Below, one piece after another: positions 17,363 through 26,339 of a stretch of DNA of 64,000 nucleotides. Where the stretch lies: positions 10,239 to 74,238 of the forward strand of contig CAYGXQ010000004.1 in NCBI GenBank assembly GCA_964354025.1. The letters are read 5' to 3'. A program made the translations under genes and the position numbers. The stretch is from an uncultured Gammaproteobacteria bacterium (lineage in GTDB: Bacteria; Patescibacteriota; Microgenomatia; 2-02-FULL-39-11). The notes under the pieces were generated by a model that saw nothing but the letters and a program-made list of their open reading frames with translations, did not search any database and was not told the DNA's origin. Within the stretch, counting starts at the first letter, position 1. Each line of letters opens with the position of its first letter.

Positions 17363-19171
17363 TTACTTTAATCGTTTTCGCTGTTTCTTTATTTCCTCAA
17401 ACATAGCCTTCGGGATGTTCGGTTCGGCTTTGAAAATCGGCTCAATCCGCTCCAGTTTGGCCAAAAGATGGCTGGTGCGGATCCGGAATTGTTTGCGGTA
17501 ATCTTCTTTTTTATATGCCTGTTTCAGATTATCCCAAAACAGTTTTTTCAGATCCTCATATTTGGGGATGTAGCCGATCGGGGTTTTAATCGCTTTAAAT
17601 TCTCCGTGGATGCGGCCTTCCATCCAAAGGAGCCAGACCTTTTTGTCCAGTTTGCCGTTAAGATAGTTGTTGCCTTCTTTGATGAAATAATTGGTGGTAA
17701 AGATAACCGGTTTCTTTTTCAACTTTCTTCCAAAGGCCAAATGGTTATTTATATAAGTCGAAAGGGGAACAACCAGAAAATCGAAATTGGCCATCGGGTT
17801 GTGTTTCCGGACACCGGTTTCGCCGATGGTGGCGGCGGTCGTTTCCGATTCCAGCGCCGCGCCCATCAAGACTCCGTGCTGCCAATCAAAAGATTCAACG
17901 ACCGGCGGAGTCGTATCGCTGTCGCGTCCACCGTAGATGATACCGGAAATGGGGACGCCGTCGGGATTGTGAAGATTTTTGTCGGTATTAGGCAATTCCG
18001 ACAGTCTCATGGTATAACGGGCATTTTTGTGGGCGTGAGGGATTGGTATATCTTTTTCATCTTTATCGCCCAGTTTCCAGCGACCGGCAAAATTGACGCC
18101 GCTGTCCGGCAAGGTCTGTCCCATGCCGAGCCAATAAGGTTTTTTATTATTTATTAAAACATTGGAGAAGATGAGTTCCCGGGGTGTGTTTAAAGATTTA
18201 TAAATGAGCGGATCATCTTTCGGATTGACGTTTTCGATAATGCCAAAGATTCCCTGTTCGACATTGGCCCCGTAGCAGCGGCCGTCTTTGCCCCCTTTGA
18301 GATAGGCGATGTCATCGCCGATGATCGATTGTCCCGGAATCATGGCGGTGGAGGTCTTACCGCAAGCTGAGGGGAAAGCGCCGGTGAAATAGGTAACTCT
18401 TTTTTTACCCCGCGGTTTGGCCCCCAGGACGAGCATGTGTTCGCAAAGCCAGTCGGACTCGTTGGATTTTTTGATGGCCAGTCGGAGAGCCAGTTTTTTC
18501 AAACCTACACTATTTCCGGCGTATTGGGTGTTGACGGAAAAAACCCGGTTTTCCTCAAGGTCGATATAAATCCGTTTTTTGTCACTGTTTTTACTGACGC
18601 CATTTTCCAGTTCTCCGGCGGAGTGGATAAAATAGAAAAATTTATCCGGGTCTTTCAATTTTTTAAATTCCCCAAAGCCCTGCCGGTAAAGCATATTTTC
18701 ACTGTGGGCTACATAAGCCGAGTCGGTGATCTGCATGGCGGGAAGGGAAAAATGAGAGCCGGTCGGGCCGAGACAGTAAAAGAGAACGAGCATTTCGCGG
18801 CCCTTCATACTGCCGGAAAGGAGGGAAAAGATTTCCTCAAGACAGCTTTCCCGCTCTCCCGTATTGATCGATTTGCTAATTTTATTTTCGCCTGAAATAA
18901 GAACTTTGGTTTTTTCCTTATCCCGGCCCTGGTCAAAAAAGCCGTCGAAGTGGACGGTATGGCCAGGAGTTTTTAGGGAAGTCTCCTCTTTGTTTTTTAA
19001 AGCCAGCTTTCGGACATAGTCGATGTCTTTGAGGGAGTCGGTCAGGATAGTGACTTTGTCGGGTTTGCAAAGATCGATATAGTGTTTCACGATCTTTTCC
19101 ACTTTCCGGTTTTTCAGTTTTTGGAGTTGAGAAAGATTTTTTATTTTCATATAACAATATTTTTCTCGCAT
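17363..19171 (-). CDS. pckG: phosphoenolpyruvate carboxykinase (GTP)
   Basis: FTGAFPSACGKTSTAM (the GTP-PEPCK kinase-1a P-loop) and overall ~600-aa length. Confidence 0.85.
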   Translation of the reverse strand: MREKYCYMKIKNLSQLQKLKNRKVEKIVKHYIDLCKPDKVTILTDSLKDIDYVRKLALKNKEETSLKTPGHTVHFDGFFDQGRDKEKTKVLISGENKISKSINTGERESCLEEIFSLLSGSMKGREMLVLFYCLGPTGSHFSLPAMQITDSAYVAHSENMLYRQGFGEFKKLKDPDKFFYFIHSAGELENGVSKNSDKKRIYIDLEENRVFSVNTQYAGNSVGLKKLALRLAIKKSNESDWLCEHMLVLGAKPRGKKRVTYFTGAFPSACGKTSTAMIPGQSIIGDDIAYLKGGKDGRCYGANVEQGIFGIIENVNPKDDPLIYKSLNTPRELIFSNVLINNKKPYWLGMGQTLPDSGVNFAGRWKLGDKDEKDIPIPHAHKNARYTMRLSELPNTDKNLHNPDGVPISGIIYGGRDSDTTPPVVESFDWQHGVLMGAALESETTAATIGETGVRKHNPMANFDFLVVPLSTYINNHLAFGRKLKKKPVIFTTNYFIKEGNNYLNGKLDKKVWLLWMEGRIHGEFKAIKTPIGYIPKYEDLKKLFWDNLKQAYKKEDYRKQFRIRTSHLLAKLERIEPIFKAEPNIPKAMFEEIKKQRKRLK

Positions 19172-19376
19172 ATAAAATTTTCGCTAAAGCATTTCCTCGG
19201 AGACGGAATTTCTCCATTGCTTATGTCTTATCTTGTCTTGGTTGTTTTGGGCAAAGTATCCTATCTATACTTGATCGTTCGTCTGATTTGGTATCTCGCA
19301 TTCCGAAATTGTCTCCTTCGGAACTGCTTTTATTAATCTGCGAACATTTTACATGCTTCGCAAAATATTTATTATT

Positions 19377-20672
19377 TTATAATTGTTCCTTACAAGCTAA
19401 GTAGATATTTTCAAACAATCGCGGAATATCTTTGGTTGGGACGCTGGAGTAGGCGATCCGTAATAAATTTTTGATGGCGATGACGCCGGTGTCGTATTTT
19501 TTGATCAGGGTTTGCCTGACTTTTTCTCCTTCCAGGCCTTTTTTCAGTTCAAGGCACATGAAGTAGCCGGAGTTGAAAGGAAGCGGAGAAAAATACTCCT
19601 GATATTTTTTCACTTTCAGGACTTTTTCCACCATTTGGAAACGTTTCTTTAACATGAGGAAGTTTCGTTGTTTCTCTTTCCGGTATGTGGATGAAAATAA
19701 GCCGGTCAAAATCAGGCTTTGGGAAAGATGGGAGGCGTTGGAGATGCTGCCCCGGACCGCTCCGGCGGTTTTGGCTTCCAGCGCCTGATAAACATCTTTG
19801 CCGAGGTCTTTGCCGCCATATGTGATAAAGCCGATCCGCAATCCCCAGGCATATTCCTCTTTGGTGACCGCGTCCAGTTTGACCGCCAGGACATTTTTGT
19901 GAAGGTCGGCAAGGGAAGGGAAAAGAGACTGGGTGATGATCCCGCTTTTGTAAACCAGGCCGAAATAAGCATCATCGAGGATGACTAAAATCTTTTTGCC
20001 TTTGACGGCTTGTTTTTTGATGATCATGACGATCTGTTTGGCCTCTTCGACTGTCGGGGTATAGCCGGCCGGGTTATTGGGGAAATTAAAAAGCAGGATG
20101 ATTTTTTGGCTTTTGTTATTTTCCAACTTTTTCTCAAAAGCGGAAAGGTCAAGACCGTAACCGGTAAAAGTGTTATAAGAATCTAAAACTGCTTCAAAGC
20201 CGTATTCAAAAATCAGCCGGTAGTTGCCCCAGAACTTATCGGCAAGAATAATATGATCCTGCGGATCAACAAAAAGATAACCGATAATGGAAAGGGCGTG
20301 GGTCAGGGCCGATGTGACGATGGGTAAACTGGTAGGTGTTTTTAATGAAGGATTTTTCCGCTTGATATTTGCCAACCAACTTTCCCGAAGCTCCATTTTG
20401 CCGAAACTCGGCGCGTAAGGAAAAACGTCTTGCGGAGGCAGTTTAATTTTGCCGGCAATTGAAGGCAGGCGGGTTGGCGTCTTATCCTCGTCCAAGGCAA
20501 TGCCGATAGTGGCGTTGTATTTTGTCCCTTTAGCCTCAGCTGATTGGGCAAGGATGCCTTCCTTGGGGAAGTAGATGGATTGGCCTTTTTGGGAGAGGAG
20601 ATCAAAAACAGCCGGATTGCCGTTTTTAATAATTCGGTTTAACTCTGCCGCCTGGAGGTTGAGAGCGACCAT
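19377..20672 (-). CDS. class I/II PLP-dependent aminotransferase
   Basis: NFPNNPAGYTPT (cf. the N-P-x-N-P-T-G motif) and a downstream Lys region; ~430 aa. Confidence 0.65.
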   Translation of the reverse strand: MVALNLQAAELNRIIKNGNPAVFDLLSQKGQSIYFPKEGILAQSAEAKGTKYNATIGIALDEDKTPTRLPSIAGKIKLPPQDVFPYAPSFGKMELRESWLANIKRKNPSLKTPTSLPIVTSALTHALSIIGYLFVDPQDHIILADKFWGNYRLIFEYGFEAVLDSYNTFTGYGLDLSAFEKKLENNKSQKIILLFNFPNNPAGYTPTVEEAKQIVMIIKKQAVKGKKILVILDDAYFGLVYKSGIITQSLFPSLADLHKNVLAVKLDAVTKEEYAWGLRIGFITYGGKDLGKDVYQALEAKTAGAVRGSISNASHLSQSLILTGLFSSTYRKEKQRNFLMLKKRFQMVEKVLKVKKYQEYFSPLPFNSGYFMCLELKKGLEGEKVRQTLIKKYDTGVIAIKNLLRIAYSSVPTKDIPRLFENIYLACKEQL

Positions 20673-20777
20673 AATTGTTGTATTATAGCAAAAGTATGAA
20701 AAAATATGAAAGAGGGAGAATAGGCATAAAAGCGTGCTACTACAAAGAGAGTTAACTATATATAATAAGGTATATTT

Positions 20778-21641
20778 ATGATTTGGCAGACAGCTCTGAT
20801 CTTCTATGTCTTCTTTGGCGTATTGCGCGGCTACTTCGACAAAAAACTGGTGACGAAGGTAGATCCGGTAGTGGCTTTTTTCTACAGCGCCGTTTGGAGT
20901 CTGGTGGCTTATTTTGTCATTTATTTTATTACCACCGGTTTCTTCTTTCCGATTTTGCCGGAACAGCTGGTTTTGGGAGTAGTCTATGTTTTTGGGATCT
21001 GGGCTTATCTGACCGCTTTACAGTTTAGTTTGTCCCAGACAGCGGTTTTTTGCTCCTACAGTATCCTCATCCCGATGATTCTCTCGGCGGCCTTTTTGGG
21101 CGAGTGGCAACTTTTTCATCCCGGAACTTTGGCGGGGCTAAAAAATATCTTCGGGATCATTTTGGCGTTTCTTTCTATGTATCTGATAATCAAAAGTCAT
21201 AACATTAAAGAAGAGAAACTGGAGAAAAAATGGTTTTTCCTCATTATCGTTAATATCTTTTCCGTGGGGATCGCCAACTATCTGTCCAAAATATATCTTG
21301 CTTCTTACGGGCCGGTGGAAGCGCTGATTTCCCAATCGCTTTCCGGCATCCCGCTTATTCTGATTATTAGTTTAATCACCGGGAAAAGCCTGAAATTGGC
21401 AAAGAAAGCGCATGCCTTGGCGGCCACAGACGGGATAGTGGTGGGACTGTCGGTCATCTTTTTTTACGCCATGCTCAAAGCCGGCGCGGCTTCGCTGGTC
21501 CTGCCGATTGGGATGAGTGCTTTGACGATCGTTTCCGTCCTGGTCGGGCTATTTATTTTTAAAGAAACCCATCTTTTTACTAAAGAAAAATTAATAGGGT
21601 TATTTATCGGGATTTTGGGGATAGTATTGTTGATAATATAA
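20778..21641 (+). CDS. DMT/EamA-family membrane transporter
   Basis: 287 aa, ~10 TM segments in two repeated halves. Confidence 0.45.
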   Translation: MIWQTALIFYVFFGVLRGYFDKKLVTKVDPVVAFFYSAVWSLVAYFVIYFITTGFFFPILPEQLVLGVVYVFGIWAYLTALQFSLSQTAVFCSYSILIPMILSAAFLGEWQLFHPGTLAGLKNIFGIILAFLSMYLIIKSHNIKEEKLEKKWFFLIIVNIFSVGIANYLSKIYLASYGPVEALISQSLSGIPLILIISLITGKSLKLAKKAHALAATDGIVVGLSVIFFYAMLKAGAASLVLPIGMSALTIVSVLVGLFIFKETHLFTKEKLIGLFIGILGIVLLII

Positions 21642-21658
21642 AAATTGTAGTCGGCTAT

Positions 21659-22858
21659 TTATCGAGGTGAAGATGATCTATACTCATAAATGACATCTTT
21701 AACAACCTGGAGGTAACTAAAATCTACTTCTCCATCCCTTAATTCAGGTGTTAATCCGTGTCCTTGGATTATTTCAGTCTGAGAAGCGATGATTGGCAAA
21801 GGTTGTTCATCAGGAGAATGTTTCAGTTGGAAATCGATAGTCTTCCTAAGCATGTGGCCAAATGCTGGTGGAGTGTTATTAATAACAACCGGGTGCCAAG
21901 GTTCATATCCTATTACCGCCTTCATATTATTTTTATAACCGCGTTCTCCTCTTGGAGTAGCATCCCACCCGACGACAGCCGGAGGTAAGAAAGGTAGATG
22001 ACTTCTTTGGCTAATTTCTTCCCACTGAATCATTCTTTTTCTTACTAAATCCGAATAATCTTGTTGGAAAGGTGCGTCTTGACCAAATTGCGGCAAAAAA
22101 GCATAACAAGTTAAGGCGTTAACGCCCGTTTGAACATAAGCGTCAACGGATTCCATTAATGATAAATATCCAACGATTACTCCTACAATATAGGGAGCGG
22201 TTCGATACTTTTTCTGTGAATATTCCCGTAATTCATTAATAAATGGTATCAGTTGTTTTGCTTTCCGTGTTCTTTCTTCTTTCGATTTCCTGTAGGGACT
22301 AAAAATAAATAGATATGGTTGTCCTTCTCGAGTTAAATAGTTTGATTGAGTCCAGTAATTTTGTGCGCAGTCATCAACTATTTGACGAGCGGTTTCCGGA
22401 GTATAATCATAATATCTATCGGGCTCCTCATAATCATTTTGCCTAGGAATAGGGATGATAACTCGCGGTCGTGCCAAAACAGGCATAACGGCAAATTTCA
22501 TTGCTTGCCCCGGTTGCGTATTACAAAATGCGTCAAGCGGCGCAGTCATTTCTCTTACTGGTCTTCCTCCGATTAAGCCAGAGTACATAGTAAAGATCCA
22601 GCCTCCAACATAGTGATCTTTAGCGTATTCTGCCTGTCTGGCAATATCGGGTTCACTTGCATCATTCCATGATGTGATCTTTGGATCTCCAAGGCAATGA
22701 ATGCGCGGTTGTCTATGACCAGCAAACAAGGGTTCAGCTGTCTGAGTAAGCATGGTTTCATCAACTAATTCTCTGCCTAATTTTTCAGCTCGATCCCTTC
22801 TTTCCTTATCTTGTCTGGAAAGAGGATAAAAAAACGCTAAGGCCTCAAGATTTGACAT
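21659..22858 (-). CDS. WbsX-like glycosyl hydrolase/transferase family protein
   Basis: 399 aa. The VVGWDATPRGERGY motif resembles the GWDNTPR signature of the WbsX family. Tentative. Confidence 0.35.
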   Translation of the reverse strand: MSNLEALAFFYPLSRQDKERRDRAEKLGRELVDETMLTQTAEPLFAGHRQPRIHCLGDPKITSWNDASEPDIARQAEYAKDHYVGGWIFTMYSGLIGGRPVREMTAPLDAFCNTQPGQAMKFAVMPVLARPRVIIPIPRQNDYEEPDRYYDYTPETARQIVDDCAQNYWTQSNYLTREGQPYLFIFSPYRKSKEERTRKAKQLIPFINELREYSQKKYRTAPYIVGVIVGYLSLMESVDAYVQTGVNALTCYAFLPQFGQDAPFQQDYSDLVRKRMIQWEEISQRSHLPFLPPAVVGWDATPRGERGYKNNMKAVIGYEPWHPVVINNTPPAFGHMLRKTIDFQLKHSPDEQPLPIIASQTEIIQGHGLTPELRDGEVDFSYLQVVKDVIYEYRSSSPR

Positions 22859-22941
22859 AAAACTCTTTTAGATATTTTTTAATCTCTAATGTAAAATATA
22901 AAGGGTATTTTATATATAAGTCTGACAATAATCAATATTAT

Positions 22942-23472
22942 ATGGATATTACTGACGACCAAAACGAATTGTTTGATATCGTGGATGAGGATGATCAGGT
23001 CATTGGTCAGGCGAGAAGGGGAGAAGTACATAAGGATAAGAAGTTGATCCATCGGAGTGTGAGTATTCTGGTTTTCAATGACTGGGGCGAGTTGTATCTG
23101 CAGAAGCGGTCAGCCACTAAAGACACAGATCCGGGTATATGGACGGTTTCCGCCTCCGGTCATGTGGAAGTGGGGGATAATTATGAGGAAACAGCGCATA
23201 GAGAACTACGGGAGGAATTGGGGATCGATATGGAGATTTCTTTTGTTGATAAATTCCTCTGTCGCGCTCCACATGAAACGGAGATGACAGCCATCTTTAA
23301 AGCCTTTCATAACGGTCCTTTTAAGTTAAACAAAGAGGAAATATCCGATGGTAAATTCTTTACCCGTAAAGAGCTAAATGAGGCAGTAAAAAAAGGAGAA
23401 ATTGACTTGAGTTTTATGGGAAGGCAGGTTTTGGAAAGAGTGGGGTGGATTTTAGGGCGAATTCCAAAATAA
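22942..23472 (+). CDS. NUDIX hydrolase
   Basis: GHVEVGDNYEETAHRELREELGI matches the Nudix box GX5EX7REUXEEXGU. Confidence 0.75.
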   Translation: MDITDDQNELFDIVDEDDQVIGQARRGEVHKDKKLIHRSVSILVFNDWGELYLQKRSATKDTDPGIWTVSASGHVEVGDNYEETAHRELREELGIDMEISFVDKFLCRAPHETEMTAIFKAFHNGPFKLNKEEISDGKFFTRKELNEAVKKGEIDLSFMGRQVLERVGWILGRIPK

Positions 23473-24624
23473 CATCTGCATTTTGGATTCGCCACAAAGG
23501 GCCGCAATCCTAAATAATTGTAAACATTATTTAGGAGCGAGCCCTTAGAGCAACTTTTTAATTTCCGAAATTGTCGATCTTTGTTTTGTCTGCAATTCCC
23601 TGATTTTTTTTACCCGTTCAATCATCGAAGGGTCAAATAACTGGTAACCGCCTTTGGTGAAACCCGCAACCGGTAATAATCCCTCTTTTGTCCAATACCT
23701 GATGGTATGGATTGTTTCATTGGTTGCCTTTGCCAATTCCCCGATTTTGAGGGAGGATTTCTCAGGTGAAAACTTTTTCAGGACCGGCTGTTTTTCTTCG
23801 ACAGCCCTGGTGAACATATCAAGAGAATTTTCAACTGCTTTTTCAATGAAAGCGTAGAAGGGTTGAAGATCATTTTTGGTTTGTCCGGTAAAAATAGCGT
23901 CAAGATATTGGGTGCGTTCTTCGTTTTTTATGATGGCCATGGGATACCCGTTTAAAAGCAAAATAAGATTCATCAGAAGCCTGGCTGTCCTTCCATTACC
24001 GTCAACGAACGGATGGATAGATACCAACTTAAAATGAGCATCGGCGGCAATTCTGACGGGATGATTTTCCTGTTGTCCTTCCAGCCAGCGGAAAAAGTCT
24101 TTCATCAGTGGCGGTACCTGACGGGGGAGGGGAAATTCAGTGTCAACACCCCGGATAAAAATTTCCGTTGCCCGATACCGGCCGGCCCAAAGATCATTGA
24201 TGCGGGTTAGAATAATTTTATGGATTGCCAATACATCAGCTTCGGAAATATATTGATGTCCCTTCAGTTTTGTGGAAAGCTCTTTGATGTAATCGACTGC
24301 TTGCGCGTGATTAATCGCCTCCAATTGATCTTGGAGCGGCTTGCCGCTGATAACCGCAGTGACACCTCTTTCGATCACTTCCGCAGTCTCAAGGCGGGAG
24401 AGGGTATTGCCTTCAATGGCATTTGAAGAATAAGTCAGTTCAACCTTTAGCCATTCCTCAAGGTTTTTGATCAGTTCAGGCGGCAACGGTCTGTATTTAT
24501 CCAATTGCCGTTTTTTCTCCGTCAGGATTTTTAATAGGCTGTCCATACCTAGAAGTATAAAGCAATGCTTTATGGTTGTCAAGTTATTGATGGGAAGAAA
24601 GGTTTTGGAGAGGGTGGGGTGGAT
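23416..24624 (+). mobile_element. putative integrated cargo islet 2 at the NUDIX gene 3' end, bounded by a ~35-bp imperfect direct repeat
   Basis: ATGGGAAGGCAGGTTTTGGAAAGAGTGGGGTGGAT (23416-23450, end of the nudix CDS) recurs as ATGGGAAGAAAGGTTTTGGAGAGGGTGGGGTGGAT at 24590-24624. The only gene between the copies is Fic-MerR. Confidence 0.45.
23545..24582 (-). CDS. Fic-family AMPylation protein fused to a MerR-type HTH
   Basis: HPFVDGNGRTARLLMN matches the Fic motif HPFx(D/E)GNGRxxR. The C-terminal IGELAKATNETIHTIRYWTKEGLL is a MerR-like HTH. Confidence 0.8.
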   Translation of the reverse strand: MTTIKHCFILLGMDSLLKILTEKKRQLDKYRPLPPELIKNLEEWLKVELTYSSNAIEGNTLSRLETAEVIERGVTAVISGKPLQDQLEAINHAQAVDYIKELSTKLKGHQYISEADVLAIHKIILTRINDLWAGRYRATEIFIRGVDTEFPLPRQVPPLMKDFFRWLEGQQENHPVRIAADAHFKLVSIHPFVDGNGRTARLLMNLILLLNGYPMAIIKNEERTQYLDAIFTGQTKNDLQPFYAFIEKAVENSLDMFTRAVEEKQPVLKKFSPEKSSLKIGELAKATNETIHTIRYWTKEGLLPVAGFTKGGYQLFDPSMIERVKKIRELQTKQRSTISEIKKLL

Positions 24625-24628
24625 AAAA

Positions 24629-26020
24629 TTAGCGAATGCCGTATTTGATTAAACGTTTGGCTTCGATCCGCAGGACTTCCGGAATCAGAGCTTTGTAGAC
24701 ACTGCAATACGGTGAAGAGGTATCATACCGCCCTTTTTGTTGATAGGTAAGTAAGGGGCAGCCGCCACCACAAAGGTATTTCCACTGACAATTCTTACAA
24801 GGAGTTTTACCTAATACAGTCAAACCAATTGGTCTGACAAAATTACCTTTTATCATTGTCTCCATCAAATCAGGATCATCAATAGAGCCGATCGGTTTCT
24901 CCAAAGTCATCTGACAGCTTGATAGCTTTCCCTGATGGTTAATGACCAGATAACCGTAGCCCATGCCGCAGGGATGAAAATGGGGTTTGCTGAAATTTAC
25001 CCGGTCCAAAAGACTGTCCATCACCGGATATTCAGGCGGATTGTCATAAAGATATTGATAGGCTTTTTTTAATTTTTTAACTAACTTTTTATCATTGCCT
25101 TCCAATTCTTCGGTAACATAAGGATTTTCACGATAGAAATTAAAAGCAAAATGGATCTTCCGGTCAAGCAAATATTTCGTCAACTCGGGAATTCCGTCAA
25201 TGTTTTTGGATGAAATAGTCACGGAGACATTAAAAGGAACTTTAGCTTTTATTAAATTATTTATCCCTTTTATCACCAGATCAAAACTGCCAATACCAGA
25301 AGGAAATATTCTTGTCCGGTCGTGAAATTTTTTCAAACCGTCAAGAGAAACTGCCGCCCGAAGGTTATTCTCTTTTAATATTATAGCCACTTTCTCATTA
25401 ATCAGGATGCCATTGGTCAAAACGACAAAATCAGTTTTGATGCCGTATTTCTTGCTTAAACTTTTAGCCTGTTTGACAAGTGTGAGAATCATCGGCAGTT
25501 CCAAAAGAGCTTCTCCGCCGGAGAATTTCAGGGCAACTTTTTCAATCCCGTGTTTTTTGGCAGACAGGTATACTTGATCAATGGCTTTCTTGCCGACTGC
25601 CGGACTCATCTTCTCTACGGTTTTGCGGACATAACAATAAGTGCAACGCAAATTACACTGGTTGATGATATGCAGCCAAACGCTGATGATTTTGGGTTTT
25701 TTGGCTGATAATTCCAGCAGGGTCTTGGGTTTACCGAAATAAATGATTTCTGAAGCGTATAAATCTTTGAAAGTCTGTTTAATGACGGAAAACTTGATTT
25801 TGGGAACTTGTTTTTGAGCTGACTGCCAAATATCCTCAAGCGTCTTTTTCCCGTCTATCAAAGAGTACAAAAAAGCGGCATCCTTATTTAAGACAACTAA
25901 ACCTTTTTCCGAAAGAGGAGCGTAAACCAATAAAAAACCCTCCACTTTATCCGTATAAGTCTCCGGATAAAAGCAAGGGACAGAAGAAGCGGTTAAATCA
26001 GAGTTTAAACTCATCCGCAT
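24629..26020 (-). CDS. radical SAM/SPASM maturase with N-terminal PqqD-like RRE
   Basis: CNLRCTYCY (CxxxCxxC) and GGEALL (SAM glycine motif). A C-terminal CKNCQWKYLCGGGC (Cx2Cx5Cx3C SPASM) follows, and the first ~100 aa (GLVVLNKDAAFLYSLIDGKKTLEDIW…) resemble a RiPP recognition element. Confidence 0.8.
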   Translation of the reverse strand: MRMSLNSDLTASSVPCFYPETYTDKVEGFLLVYAPLSEKGLVVLNKDAAFLYSLIDGKKTLEDIWQSAQKQVPKIKFSVIKQTFKDLYASEIIYFGKPKTLLELSAKKPKIISVWLHIINQCNLRCTYCYVRKTVEKMSPAVGKKAIDQVYLSAKKHGIEKVALKFSGGEALLELPMILTLVKQAKSLSKKYGIKTDFVVLTNGILINEKVAIILKENNLRAAVSLDGLKKFHDRTRIFPSGIGSFDLVIKGINNLIKAKVPFNVSVTISSKNIDGIPELTKYLLDRKIHFAFNFYRENPYVTEELEGNDKKLVKKLKKAYQYLYDNPPEYPVMDSLLDRVNFSKPHFHPCGMGYGYLVINHQGKLSSCQMTLEKPIGSIDDPDLMETMIKGNFVRPIGLTVLGKTPCKNCQWKYLCGGGCPLLTYQQKGRYDTSSPYCSVYKALIPEVLRIEAKRLIKYGIR

Positions 26021-26202
26021 GCGCAGTCATTGAGTGGTTTAAATGGTTCTTGTCCAACTCCTGGCTGATAAATGACACCTGATCGTGATGATATAGAAAG
26101 TCTATTTTCTATACCAGGTTTAGCCAGACCAAGTCTTGACAAACCCAATGTTGATCGTCCATCTCCGAGCGGTCGATGTCCTTCACATAATGCTACTGGC
26201 AT
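26011..26202 (-). CDS. candidate RiPP precursor peptide (63 aa, C-terminal NDCACG)
   Basis: Small ORF MPVALCEGHRPLGDGRSTLGLSRLGLAKPGIENRLSISSRSGVIYQPGVGQEPFKPLNDCACG. Its stop overlaps the start of the rSAM gene. A strong SD (AAGGAGGTGA) lies 13-15 nt upstream of its ATG. Confidence 0.3.
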   Translation of the reverse strand: MPVALCEGHRPLGDGRSTLGLSRLGLAKPGIENRLSISSRSGVIYQPGVGQEPFKPLNDCACG

Positions 26203-26339
26203 ATCAAATCAGCTTCACCTCCTTAATAATTTTAGTTTGGATTATTGTATCTTACTATATAATGTTTGGGACAGTCAATACTTGCATGCCACAAAAACCT
26301 ATAGTATAATAAACCCTCAAATTTCTGCCTCACAAAAAT

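Noticed and set aside
22942-23472. Possible type-1 isopentenyl-diphosphate isomerase (the HRSVSILVFN…LQKRSATKDTDPGIW segment resembles IDI)
   Set aside because: The catalytic Cys (NSCCSHP in IDI-1) is absent (VSASGH here). Kept as a generic NUDIX hydrolase.
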